Shown here: positions 10,821-23,636 of the stretch, piece after piece
Position numbering within the stretch: position 1 is the first letter of the stretch
How the letters are laid out: each line of letters begins with the position of its first letter
NCBI GenBank assembly: GCA_051294905.1
Contig: CM119385.1
Location: forward strand, 8,060,001 to 8,124,000
DNA from: Botryllus schlosseri
Taxonomy: Eukaryota
Reading direction: 5' to 3'
Length of the DNA stretch: 64,000 bases
The notes under the pieces: model-generated
Told to the model about the DNA's origin: nothing
Database searches by the model: none
What the model saw: only the letters and a program-made list of their open reading frames with translations
Program-made: the position numbers and the translations under genes

Positions 10821-12320
10821 GAGAGAATTGTATAGATAATGAGCTGAACTGAATTGAAGCTCGTTCAGGTCTCGAATTGATCGAAAACATTGGACAAAAT
10901 GAACATCTAAAATATCCGCAAATAGCTATAACGGTGCCGGAAAGTTTAGTATAAACATAATCCTTACAACAAATGCAAAGTGGTTGCCGATTTCTTACCC
11001 ATCTTTCTGTATTTATTTTGAGTAATCTATGGAACTGGGGCCACTCTATATAGTCTCAACAGTAGTGAGTGGTTCTCTAGTTTATCTTGATTTCATCATT
11101 TGCATGCCAGAATGCAACGGACATGTGGTACAGCGTACTAGTAGACCAGGCCTATTCAATCCAATAGTGTGGCTGCTATTGAATTACTGAGCAATCTTAC
11201 CACAGTAATAGCTTTATCACCTAATTTTCAGCTGTTACCTTATTACATTGCTGTGGAATCGAAGGAGCTGATATCACATTTTTTTAAATACACTTCTTTC
11301 TTGAACTGGTTTGTAAGGTATGCTGCATCTTCTGGTACTGATGAGGTCCTGGAGTGTCCAAGTCCAGTAGTTTCATAGTTGGACTGCACTTATTTCCAGC
11401 TCTTCTTAATTTTTATAGCTTATGTCCATATCCGGGGCATCAATTTATACATGAATCTATATTCATATCATAGAGACGTGATTTGACGAGAAAGATAGCG
11501 TCACATTATGACCATGGATTCCCATTAAATATGCTCAGTTTCATTTGAGATGGCAGGATGCCAGGTTTTCTGTAGAAATGGTGGCAAGTTGAATGTGATT
11601 TTGATAGTACCCAAAAAACATTTGAAGAGCGAAGTGGACAGGTGAAGCCAATTATACACAATCTGGTGCCGATTGCAAGGAGAGAAGTGATTTTGAGGAT
11701 GACATCGGCATATCAGTTTAAGAGGTCAAGTACAACGTTCCTGCAGAATATCTGAACACGCCAGCGGTGTTGTCAGAGTTTGAGAATCAGTATTAGCAAT
11801 GGCAGTATGTGGTTTGAAGGAAGTCTTGTCATATTGTATTGATAGAAGCTGGTGACTGTGATTAATTTTGACAAATACAATACGAATATATGTTCATAAA
11901 ATAGTTGATAGTTAGGACCTAAAGCTAGGTAACAGTTCTAGAACATCTACTCTACTGAAAAGTAGAAAACTGAGGAGAAACGAGAGAATGAACGGCAACT
12001 GGCTTTAGATCATTGATTTTGATCTTCAAGTGGCATTGGCAGTTTTTCTGAAAAATGAACCCATGTCTTGACGCGTTCATTCGAAAGATACTATTCTGAT
12101 CCTTCATTGACCCGAGTCGCACTGTTTCAAACCTAACCATGACCAAGATATGAGGGAAAAAAATGGAAATTTTACAAAAACAATGTAAAAAACAGACGTA
12201 AGCTACCCTGATTCCACAGCGACTTAGTACACTGAGCCTCAATACTGATATTGCCTACTAGGCTACTATGATTGCTTGTTCCATGCTGTACCATCTTAGT
12301 CTTACTATGTTGGGTTGGTG

Positions 12321-12754
12321 CAGGTTTGTAACCAAGTCACAAGGTTCATAAAGTCAATCTCACTTTTAGTTTTGACTCGAGTCAAGTCGTGTCATTTTCA
12401 ATTTACCACCTAGTCAAGTCCAAGTCATTGAACAGAGGGTTGAGTCCGAGTCATAGTGTTGTGACTCGAGGCCAAGTCGTAGAGTTCGCTGTTCAATTAT
12501 GAATTTGAATCATGTTCAACTTACTTTCTTCAACTCTGCTCGTATGATCTAGAATGCCTCGGATTCATAATATAGTAATTTTCCTCACTCGTAACAGTTT
12601 CTGACGCTATTTTTCAAGTATGAGTACTGATAGAGGAACTACCAATAATGTGGTAACTTACTTATTCTTCTGTCTTGGCCGTGCGCGAGTCTTTGAGTCG
12701 TATTACTCGGTCGAGTCATTTTTCGTAGTCGTAACTCGAGTCATTACCACACTG
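12321..12754. mobile_element. hAT-type MITE (GACTCGAGTC-rich family), diverged copy
   Basis: Reverse-complement match to 34875-35451, with ends caggtttgtaacc and cattaccacactg. The TSD is not clearly preserved. Confidence 0.8.
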
Positions 12755-13358
12755 GTTTGGGTAGGTGTACATTACTACAAGGGTAAGTAGAGGTTAATTC
12801 AGTCAACAAAATCGATGGAAGGACCCTACACTGCTGAACCGGCACAGCAATACAAGAGTAAAACACCTCATAGCCTACATAACATAGCTGATGATCAGAC
12901 TTGCTAGCCAGTTGTCCTTGATTGCATCTATCACTCTTACAGGCACTTTTATGCAAGTGAGGCATGCGTCTGGTTTCAACAAATACCCAACGAAAGCCAT
13001 TAAACCACTGGGTTTGAGTGGAAATGCCATGTTGATCATTGGAACTGGTTTTTGTCTCGTGTCTTTTGCAGCGGTGAGTTTTCCTATGTATGCGTTGTGG
13101 ACAGTTATATTCTGCGTCTGACAGCAGTGACTTGATCCCTAGTTGCATCATCATTGAAAAAATCGTACATGGTCTCATCCAATCCTCCCAAGCGTGATTA
13201 GATTTTGACCTCGAGATATAATTGTATGGAATAAATGCATAGATTATTTGGTTGTGCATGTACAGCACAATTGTACATACCATATTGGGTAATGCACGTC
13301 GCCAATCGTATATAGACAATAGGCATGTTTGCTCCATTGAGAAGATAAAAGGATAGTG

Positions 13359-14207
13359 CAGTGGTTCTCAACTGGGGGTCCGCAAAGCATTTCTAGGGGG
13401 ACCGCAAAGCCTCTAAATTTGCAAAATGGTTGATAACCTATTTTTCATTTTTTATATCAGCGGAATCACGAGGTAGTTAGTGCTTCATTACAGCTAACTT
13501 CATGACTCACATCAACAGAATGGCTGGCCGTCTTAGATGAAATATTCTACAGTGCAAACTCATTTTAATTTCCAATAGCCCACTGATAAAAAAATATTGA
13601 TGTTTAGCGATGTTTTGTTGGGGTATGTGAAAAATAGTTCGAGTTGGAGTAGTAAGGTCGAGGTGACTTCGAAATGTTTATAAAAATCCATTTTCACCTG
13701 CGATATACATAACTGCTATTCCGGAATAACTTCGAGATGAGCTGCTAGATAGATATGACTAGGCTGGTCGTTATATGTTCATTAAAAAATCTGTTTCCCT
13801 GTTTTGATGCTATCGCCATTCGCCATTTGTTGTGATCATACTTGATGGTGTTATTTGGAACGTTTCCCGTTATTATTACATTCGCCATCACCTTTTTTAG
13901 TGGAAAGTGATTTTCGGCACTCCTTTGTATCAAATCGAAGGCGCGAATTTCAAGACACGACCACGTATTAAAAAATGCATCTGCAGTATTCGCTTCGAAA
14001 TAATATAAATCTACCCAACTTCTACATAAATAGTATGATGTTATTATCAAGAAAAGTCATATTGTTGCCGTTTATAACTAGCATACAGTTATATTTGCAC
14101 AAGAACGATGGCTGTTGCACGATAATAGCGCTAAATTTGACGAAAAAAGTGTAGGTTCGCGAGGGTCCACACATGGTCCGCGGAGGCGAAAAGGTTGAGA
14201 ACCACTG
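13359..14207. mobile_element. hAT (Charlie-like) non-autonomous element
   Basis: TIR cagtggttctcaac...gttgagaaccactg, TSD ggatagtg/gaatagtg (7/8). Internal sequence is homologous to 17398-18569. Confidence 0.88.
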
Positions 14208-14649
14208 GAATAGTGGTTTGGTTGGAAAGTCCGGTAGCTCAAATAATTGAACTTAGTGTAGGCTGTATTCAACAGTTGAAGCTCTTAATGAATATGTTGA
14301 TACCGACAATTGCGATAGTACTGATCATGATTTAGATCCATGCGTATTTTGACGGACTTGCTTCAAATTTATAGGTCCAACGAAGCGGCTATTTTCTTCC
14401 TCATACAATCGGGCCCGGACTTAGCCCCGTCGGTAAATTGGAGATTGATCTCACTCCGGACGAGTTGAAAAACTGAAATGGTCATCTGACTGTAAAGCCG
14501 GAATATTTTTGCTTTCGAACTGTTATAATATTGACTTGAAAAACGACCGAGTGCGTCTTCAGAATCGTTATATGCGACACGGGGGGGAGTTGTTAATTTG
14601 ACACTTTTTTTGCCGCGCAATGTGACCAGAGAGAGAGCGAGGTCAGATA

Positions 14650-14900
14650 TATTTGAGACTCATCCATCGTGATGCTTTGACGACGGAGATGCGATAATGT
14701 CGGAGTTTAGCCAGATATGGACTTGTCGTTGAGGAGTGGAGCAATCTTAGACGAAAGTGGTCGATATGCGGGCAAAGCGAAGATTCTGCTGCTCGGGTCA
14801 CGCAGAAAGAGGTCAGCGTGTGAACGACATGCATGACGTGTTAGCGTATGAGCTTGCCTGTTTTGGATTTTCATCCGTGAGGCGCAAGAAGCTCCACTAC
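14650..14900 (-). mobile_element. Probable 3' end of a degenerate RTE-like LINE
   Basis: Degenerate translation SSRIFA..R resembles the RTE ORF C-terminus. The terminal ~33 bp are shared with the SINE tail at 30155-30187. Confidence 0.45.
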
Positions 14901-15796
14901 TTAAAAGCATTATACGTAGTTGAGAGCTAGTCAAAGACTACTACATGCGGAAAGATTCGTGTCAATTTTGTACTTTTTGGAGCGAGTCACATGACGTGTC
15001 CGGTTTCAAAACAACAAGAAAGCACAAAGCAGTCTATTATATTAACTTAATTCAAATCCCGCTACAGAAGTCCATGAAATAGTATAATTTCCATATTTCG
15101 CGGTTAGCCGAAATATAAGTTTTGCGGATTGATATTATAGCTGTGAGCAGAATAGTCGTCGTTGCTATGCAATTAGTAGGAACGACCTAGATTACTACTC
15201 AATTACAATTATAAGTAGCGATTCCAAAACATGCCAAACCGCGCAGAAGAAAATATAGATGGTCCTTATCAGGGTTGCCCGACAAATGAGCATATGCGAC
15301 ACAATGCAAAACGACACTTCAGCATGTGACTTTATAACCCAAAAACTTGACCAAACCCGAAACATTGCCCTGAAATTAACCCTTATATATATCCTAACCC
15401 ACCCATAACCCGTAATTCAACCCACATGCTCATGTGTCGCGTGCCCAATTGTCGCATGTCGTAGTGTCGCATGCTCATTGCTCATATGTCCACGAAACGC
15501 TAACCAGCTTTTCCATGCCTTGTGCACCACCACGGGAATTTCATAGTGTTCAAGGGTGTTTGCTTTTTGTGTCATCGTGGGTGTCTTTCAATCTCTCTCA
15601 TTCTGCAGTCGCTGTCACTCCCATGCGCCCCGATGGCGGTCTTTGCCATTGACTTGCAGCTCGGCTCATTTTCCGCCAGGGCTTTTCAATGCACTGCAGT
15701 TGCAGCGACGTCGACGATGAGTAGCCCAGACAATCCTCCAACACATAGAACTTGGTCAGAACCGGAATTCGAGACGAATTCCGCTGGTGTCGTGAC

Positions 15797-15951
15797 CAAT
15801 GTTCCCTCTAGGCTGCGCACGTGGGCAAATGCGCAGTGCTAACACGGTGGTGTCTGCGCACAAAAAATCCGAAGTGATGACCTTTTTTTAGTCGTTGCGT
15901 ACTGTTGTCCAAGTTTCTGCGCAGACTCGTCAAAAATTAGAGGGAACAATG
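15797..15951. mobile_element. 155-bp hAT-type MITE
   Basis: TIR caatgttccctcta...tagagggaacaatg, with a perfect TSD gtcgtgac (15789-15796 and 15952-15959). Confidence 0.92.
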
Positions 15952-16589
15952 GTCGTGACGCTGGTGTTTAACCAATTTTAATAGTTTCGGAAAGTAGGTT
16001 TGGACGTTTGGTGGAGGGTCGCCATGCTTCTAGCACAGCGGTTCCCAACCTATTTATGGTCGCTACTCGCGGCCTAATTCACGATTTGAAAATTTTCCGC
16101 TACCACCTCAAGGTTGGCACACCATCGCCCACTTACGGCCTGTTTGGGAGGGTGATTAGTGATTACTAAGAAATGGGTCAGCACCTTCGCGTCCCCCCAA
16201 GCTGTAAGCCATTCCTTTAGCAGCTGTTAATAGGAGGTGACTATCTTCGAAATGGTAACGTACATCTATCTCATCTACGTGATCAACGTAAAACGACAAA
16301 CACTACAAATAGGCGCAATCTTCATATTTAGCTAGGGTAGTGAGATTACAGTTCGGTTTATTAGCAATATGAGTTATTTCACACGTTTTTTATGCTTGAT
16401 TTTCAGCATAACCGCTTGAGAAAATTTTACAATGCAAATAGGCAAAACCTACTCCAGTACTCCGACAAGGTACAAAACTACATAACGGCAGTGGTGTGGC
16501 AGCCACTTGCCGGTTCTGGCTCTGCGCGAGGGGCAGCAAAATGAGGCCACACAGCACGAGAGATGGCACATCACGAGCTAATTTGTTAC

Positions 16590-16815
16590 GACTTGCGATT
16601 TGGTCCATATTTACGCTTGTGTCTGATACATACCATTGGTGTTTCAAATCCGAGCTGTGAGAGGAGTTTCTCAAACTTCATAATGGTCAAGTCGTGTTTC
16701 CGTTATACCACTAATGATGATCAGCTATCAGCTTTATGGATTCTTTCTGTAGAATAACTTGATTTTGAAGTTATCGCTGATTTAGCTTCGGCGAAAGCTG
16801 GAAAAGTTCAATTTG
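16590..16815 (+). pseudogene. hAT transposase C-terminal dimerisation-domain remnant
   Basis: LIHTIGVSNPSCERSFSNFIMVKSCFRYTTNDDQLSALWILSVE*LDFEVIADLASAKAGKVQF matches the hAT consensus TIPVTVASCERSFSKLKLIK..LR....RLS.LAILSIE...DF...KARK. Confidence 0.85.
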
Positions 16816-17397
16816 CGGCGGCTATTGATCTTTTATTTGAGTAGTACATCCCAGCCTCCACAGTCCACAGACATCCGAATCGCGATTTGATAATAAATGA
16901 ACCAAATTCCAACGTCAGTAACATTTAAATCTGTTATATTCTCAAATCGCAGACGCAGGGCTAACACGCTACATTACGTCCAGAACATAGGGAGCATAGA
17001 AATAGGCCACCTCGTATCATCGTCCGAGTCATATTGTTTATGCGTTCAACCGGCCAATCATCGTATTTTTGCCAATTCCATCGATTGCGAATAAAGGCGT
17101 TGATAGAATGGAATCACTACGACAATGATAATATAATGCAGTGGTTCCCAACCGGGGGGAATTTTGAAATTTGTAGGGGGGAATCTGGCTTAGGGGTTGT
17201 ATCGGAAGATATGCTGGGTTCACAAGGTTTTATAGATTTTTATGGTAGAAACGTTAAGTATGAAACTAGTTCCTTACAATTGTATGTTTCTTGGCAGCTT
17301 TTAAGCTGTATGTTTAAATGCCTTCCGTAGATATTACACCCCCTGATAAAGTGAGGCTCGCGAGACGATTTCGTTGGGCCCGTGAAAGCCTCTAGAC

Positions 17398-18569
17398 CAG
17401 CGGTTCTCAACCGGGGGTCTGCGAAGCATTTTCAGGGGGTCCGCGAAGCCTCAAAATAGTTGATAAGTTAATTTGTATTTTTTCAATTCGGAAAATCACG
17501 AGGCAGTTTCGCTTCATTACTAGTAGAACTCCAGAGCTCACATCAACAGAATGGCAGTCTGAGCATGGAAAACATCATCATCATCATTGGTTTATTAGCA
17601 ATTTTATCAGTTCAATACACCACAAAAATGCGATACACTGAAAAGACGGGAAGATGTCGAAGCGACAAGGAGTATAGTCTATGGAATCTGACACCCACCT
17701 TGGCCTAGGCGATGTAAAGAGGAGGCATGCACACTGAATGAAAGTAAAGAAGATAGTATAGAAAAAGAATGCGACAAGAAATAGGGCGGAATGTCATGGG
17801 AAGCGAGATCGATAGGTCAGTCGTGGTCCGGTAATCTTGAGGATGGACTGTATTTATTTAGTAGTAATTGCTTGTATTTCGACTTGAATGTGGACATGCT
17901 CGTCGACTGTCGACTGTTTTCCATGGTCTGAGATTAAATTTCCTACTGTTCAGACTCATTTTAATTGTTAAATTGTCAATAGGCTACGGATACAAACATT
18001 TCCCTGTTTAGAGATGTTTTGTTGGGGATTGTGGAAAAAAAGTTGGATGAGTAAGGTCAATCACGGTGACTTCGAAATGTTTACAAAATTCCATTTTCTC
18101 CTGAGATATATCCCTAATAACTTCAAGATCAGCTGCTAGATAGAAATGACCAGGCTCATTAAAAAATTATTTGTCAATTTGGGTGCCATATTTGTTGCGA
18201 TCATACCCAAATGTGTCGTCGGAAGAGGTATACGCGTTATTCTTACATTCGCCATTGTCTATATTTGTGGAAATGGATTTTCGGCACTCGGTAATATCCT
18301 ATCGAAGGCGCGGATTTTCAAGAAATGCAATTGCAGAATTCGATTTGAATTAATAGGAGTCAGCTCAATTTCTGTATATATAATATGATTATTTTCAAGA
18401 AAAGTCATTTGCTGCTGTTTATCACTAAGTCTACAGTTATTATTTGCGCAAGACAGATAACGATTGCACGATAATGAAGCTAAATTTAAACTAAAACTTT
18501 GTGGGGGTCCGCGGGGTTCCGTGACGGCCCAAAAGGGGTCCGCGAAGACAAAAAGGTTGAGAACCACAG
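17398..18569. mobile_element. hAT (Charlie-like) element nested in 17139-18984
   Basis: TIR cagcggttctcaacc...ggttgagaaccacag, with a perfect TSD ctctagac (17390-17397 and 18570-18577). Same family as 13359-14207. Confidence 0.92.
17575..17910 (-). mobile_element. 5'-truncated LINE copy (ORF2 C-terminus plus 3' UTR, (TGA)n tail) nested in the MITE
   Basis: The minus strand encodes STSMSTFKSKYKQLLLNKY, a typical CR1/L2-group ORF2 end. The shared 3' UTR and aataaaccaatgatgatgatg follow. This segment is absent from the sister MITE at 13359. Confidence 0.85.
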
Positions 18570-20613
18570 CTCTAGACCAAATTCATACTATGCAGGAAAA
18601 AGTCATGCCGACTTCAACACAAGGTCGCTGGTGAAAATGTTTACCTTTTTAAGTCAACATATGAGCTAAGGGGAAAAACATACCAAATTCATCGATTCAA
18701 CTCAAGGCCATATAGCCATAGTGATTTATTTTTCGTCAGCGGCTACCCGACCGGTAAAAACAGGTCAGATTTAGCTGTAGTTTACCAAAGTGTAGTGCGG
18801 TCCGCATTCAACATAGTTCGGACATATCTGAATATGTTTGGCCTTATATTGCTCAGTCAACAAATGGTAGTGCGTTAAAAAGCACCTTTTTAGTCACAGG
18901 CAACTTTTTCACAGGGGGGGGAGGGAATTTTAGCTCAAATATCTGCCAAGGAGTCCACGAGACGAAAAAGGTTGCGAACCACTGATATAATGTAATACAC
19001 CATTATGAATTGATGCCTGATAAATTTTTTTAATGCAAAAGTAGGGTATGGATTTGGAGGTAAACATTTTGCAATCACTTGACTTCACGAGTTTGTTACC
19101 CCTGTCCTATTCTGTAGGCATACAGCTGGGATGGCCAACTATTTTTCCCGGCGGGCCAATGTGAAGCAGAAAATATGCTGTTGGCCTGAGAAAAAAGTTT
19201 AGACTATGTTCACGTTCAGTGATGTGCAGTCTTATTTCTGAATTGAAAGCAGTGAATTACATCGCCTTTCAATTCATGACATAACATCGTTTGCGAGTTC
19301 GCTAATCGCGTATACACTGATCACATTATTTCATTGAATCAGGATTCGGAAACGTATGACGTAACAAAGTTCGAAACCTGGCAACAAACAATATTTGAAC
19401 TTGAATATGAAAACATACTGACTTGTAACTACATTTGTTATCGCATAATTTGCTATATTGACTTTATTGTGAACCTGGATTACTGACACGACGTGTATAA
19501 CCTACGTAGGTCGTAGAGGTTACGTAATCAAGGTATACAAAAGACTAGACTTCAGTCAGAGTAAACGCATTTCCGGATCAGTTTATCCTGCGGTTTTTCC
19601 CACACATTAACTAACAAATATATTTTGTAGTCTAAATTCCAAGGAATTTTTGGCGGGTCGCTTGAAATCGTGTCGCGGGCCGCATTTCGCCCGCGGGTCG
19701 CACAATACCCAGGTATGTAGTACAGGATGTGTTTTAAAGTTTTTTTCAAGTTATTTATTATCCATAACGTCACGAATCTTCAATTGTGTGAAAATGTAGG
19801 GTAAAATTGGCCCCTTTGAGGAAAAACGCTTCGACCTTGTCATAAACTATAGATAACTAACCTACTTAGTTTAGTCATCTATATATTATATACATGAACG
19901 GACCAAAATATCTTTGATCAGGACTATATTGTTATGCAGCATTTTTACGACTGGGCGTCATCATCATCAGAACATCCATTCTGTACCGTAACAATGATCC
20001 ATATCTACGTGCTGTAACTGTTGAAAATACGACGATTTTGAGGGTTGCATACAAGTCGTATAAGTCGACTATATCGAGTGCAAGTCATATGTGGGCAAAT
20101 ATTAGATGTATTTTCGAAAGTATTTACACAATTATGGCATAATTATACAACATTTGAAAAAAAAAACAATTTTGGTCCTTTTAAATGGCAGTTTTTTAAG
20201 ACCCTGTTTGAGATGTGTTACAAAGTGCTTTGAAGTATCATTTGTTCTAAATCCAACCCTAGTTGCAATACAAGTCACAGGCAAATTTTCTGTTGAATAA
20301 CAATTTACAAAATACATACGCGTGAGAGTACAAGACGAAAACGTAGGGTTTGTGCGTTCATAATGCACGAACTAAAACACACATGATATCCGTCCCAATG
20401 CTCGTAGAATTGAACTATAGATTACTAATCTGTGTAGGTTAAAATCTATAATAATTAAACGCCGTTCCAAAATGGTATGGCAATAATTCGGGTTCATGCT
20501 TCAATAGGTATTACTGTTGACACCCGATGCGGATGATTGAATCGCGGTCACAAATTTGGGGTGTGTAGAGAAAGCTGCTTGTCTGGTAATCACGAAAAAT
20601 AACAGCTCTAGGA

Positions 20614-21347
20614 ATGGCGGTGTCGCGTTCCGCGCAACCACCTCCCTACGAATCACCACCACCGTGGATACCTGCTACACTGCGATGGAAAAACCCGATA
20701 TACTGTAGCAACCTATCTCTGTACTTGCCGAGAACAATTAAACTGAAAAAGCAGCTTGAAGGGCAACCATTAGGATTTAACATTCGCGGTGGGCGAGCTA
20801 ATGAGGGTGGTGTTTACATTTCGAAGGTAATTGAATGTAGGTGTTAGTGTCCTCAGGCGCGAGTAATCCGATATTGTGTTTAGGTGTTAGCTGAATCAGA
20901 GGCGGAAAAACTTGGTCTCAAACCCGGGGATCAAGTACTTACCGTTAACGAGGCAGACTTCACAGATATTCCTCACCATGAGGTACCTAACAGACACAAT
21001 GGCTTTTGTCCGGCTTGCTTCAAATGATATCATTTTCCTTCAGGCGGTAGAACTGTTGAAGAGGTCAATGGAACTAACCATGAAAGTTCAATATTTTCCA
21101 TACGGTACGCGAATCTCTTGCAATATGTCATAGCCACCCTTTTGAAATATTTGAATACGATATTGTGAACATTTTAAATAGCACAACATATAGCAGACAT
21201 GACACGAGACATGAAACGCCTATCTTAAATTCATGTTCGAAACCCCAACATGTCACTCTAATTCCAGTATGAAGTGCTCACACCAGTTTTACCCTTACAG
21301 GTTACGACCTGCAGATGAGAATATCGGGAACACTCGGACCAAAATAG
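20614..21347 (+). CDS. PDZD11: PDZ domain-containing protein 11, 4 exons, 139 aa
   Basis: Exons 20614-20826, 20884-20982, 21044-21104 and 21301-21347, all GT-AG and in frame (420 nt). Protein PPYESPPPWIP...YLPRTIKLKK..LGFNIRGG...GVYISKV..SEAEKLGLKPGDQVLTVN..DF.DI.H.EAVELLK...MKVQYFPY follows human PDZD11 closely. Confidence 0.95.
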
Positions 21348-22196
21348 AGACAAAAAACTGTGAATATATTTCGGTTTGTGAGAGATTGTTGCTGGTTGTT
21401 TGGTCGAACACAAACCGCGCATTGATCATCAAGTTATTTTATATGTTTTTATAAGTTCATAATTATTGTATCTTCAATTGTATATTACAATATGATACAA
21501 ATACTATATTCAATTGTATATTGAAGTTCTGTACCGCCAAGAGTCTCTTCATATTTGTTGAAATTATTTCGTATTTAAATCTTATCAAGACATTTGGTTC
21601 ATTATACATCACTGTTTTTCCATTACAAATTAGAATACCATTTTTCATATTCGTGTGTTACATGCTAGTGTTGTAGCTGATGTTGACTGTCTCTTGGAAG
21701 CGTGTCCTCAACGTCAGAGTTAACAGCGGCGTAATGTAGCAGCGTCGTTCACTTCGTAGGTAGTTATTTTTTACAATTTGATAGGAGACTATAACTACAG
21801 TAATTTGGCATGTAATCGTGTGGTGGCAACATTTTGTCTCACTCCGCGGCTGCACGCACGCGACATTTGTTTTGTTTGTATTCATCGGTGTGTCATTAAA
21901 AGTTTGTTTGGCGACAGACTTTGTTATTCCTGTTGTTACGAGAGGCCCCGGCTACTCCGAATCCATTGTTATCCCTAGCAGCCAAGGGGCGTCATGTCAA
22001 CCAGACATGGCACTCATGTGCTTCGACTGCTAAGCTAATTGATGCTGGAGACATCAAGTCTATTACACTGCCACAAACTACTATAAAGCGTTTCCATGCC
22101 ACGGCAAATCATCAAAGTTCAATTTCGCTGTCGGTGATCAGTTCAAGACGCATTCCGGTCAGTTGTAGTCGGCAAATTTCATTGTAAGGATATAAT

Positions 22197-23636
22197 ATGG
22201 ATATAATATTTGCAGTTGTATTCCTGGCTTCAGTCGCTAGCATAATTGGCCAAGGTAAGAAATCAATGTGTATCAACTAAGATTTCTGAAATCAGCTCGC
22301 ATGTCTTCGACAGATCATCATCGCGGCGGTAGGCGAAACGGATGCTGTGGTTATGCTTCAAAGATGATCTCTATTGGCGAAGGTGATGTCTGATCACTTT
22401 CAATTTTTCAGTAATAGACGCAATAATGAGATCTGTTTTGAAACAGATTCATTCGGAAATCACATCAACTTAGACGTTGGTCGGTGTTCTACATCATGCA
22501 GCCTAGGCTACGCTGGTGCCTACCAAAGCGTACTTGAGCGAATTATGGAGAAAAAGGTATGCAGCGAACAGTATATAAAGCTGTGGTTCTCAACGAACGG
22601 GTGGCGACCCAAACTTGCGTCGTATGATTTTATTTTGGGTCGCCTTTTTCAGGCATATTGTAACAAAATAATTGAAAACTTGAATTGATGACAAAACTTG
22701 AAAACACCGGAGGCGCATATTCAAGAAACTATTGCGTAACAATCGGTATTACGACTATTGTTTGGATCGCAAGATTCTACCGATCTGGGACATCTTGACA
22801 ACCAGTTATATATAGAATGTGTAACCTACATGCAATAGTATGTTACCTTTCCAGATTAACAGGCGGTTATCGTTCACTCGGAGTCAATGTTTGCCTTTGC
22901 GAACCAGAGTGGACGACGTTCTTCTTCGAGACGGGGTGAGGCAAATTGACGTGATCGAATCATGCGCCTTCCGTGAACCTGTGAAGACATGCACGAGAGT
23001 GGCGAAGTTCAAGAAGTTCTTTGCAAATACCGAATTCGAAACGATAGTCGACGTTGGCGAGTGCCGGGGCGGGTGTCGTAGTTTGAAACGTACGTATGGA
23101 GGTAGGCCCCCCAGCCCAACGACAATAGTATTGTTCATATAATATAATCATATACGATGCTTCTTTTTGCAGACCAAAAAACGTGCAAAAAGACAGAGAT
23201 CGGCGTCATATCTGTACAAGGTCCGGACGGAGTGCTAATCGTCAACACAATAGCTAAATGTAGGTGCGAGCAAAGTTGCTATCGACAGCGCTTCAACGTG
23301 GAGTTGAAAGAATTGGCCGTGCTACCAAATGGGATGAAAACCGTGCGAACAAAAGTATATCTGATAACCGGTCCTGTATGCAAGCTCGAAAGATAACTAA
23401 CTTTTCTCTATTTGAAGGTGGTAGATGTCGGCAGATGCGCTGGTTCCTGCTCCCCGATCAAAAAATGCGTGATGAAAAGTCATGACGCGAATACGGATTC
23501 AAAAGCCAACTGTCTGATGGCTCTAGAGACAAATGATGTGAAATGCACGCCTGTCAAATCAAAGGTACTGGTCTTCACCGGCGAAAGCGGCCATGACTCG
23601 TACGTGAATCAAATCAGGAAATGTGGTTGTCGGTGA
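22197..23636 (+). CDS. pnhd: Pinhead, secreted cysteine-rich (triple cystine-knot-like) Admp antagonist, 6 exons, ~290-294 aa
   Basis: Exons 22197-22254, 22314-22382, 22447-22556, 22855-23089 (or 23101), 23173-23354 and 23418-23636, all GT-AG and in frame. Signal peptide MDIIFAVVFLASVASIIG. Three repeats of (L/V)DVG(R/E)C..xC, with CxC ending the later repeats. It lies directly upstream of Admp in the same orientation, the diagnostic arrangement. Confidence 0.88.

Larger units (their letters stand above)
17139..18984. mobile_element. hAT-type non-autonomous element hosting nested insertions
   Basis: TIR cagtggttcccaacc...ggttgcgaaccactg, with a perfect TSD atataatg (17131-17138 and 18985-18992). 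Confidence 0.88.

Noticed and set aside
12744-13337. 197-aa minus-strand ORF
   Set aside because: It has no recognisable domain or splice context, runs into a MITE, and lies in a TE-debris region. Probably a chance ORF or decayed retroelement that I could not classify.
15330-15425. TAACCC-like motifs suggesting interstitial telomere repeats
   Set aside because: They are few, degenerate and non-tandem, and are embedded in a small inverted-repeat element (atgagc/gctcat ends).
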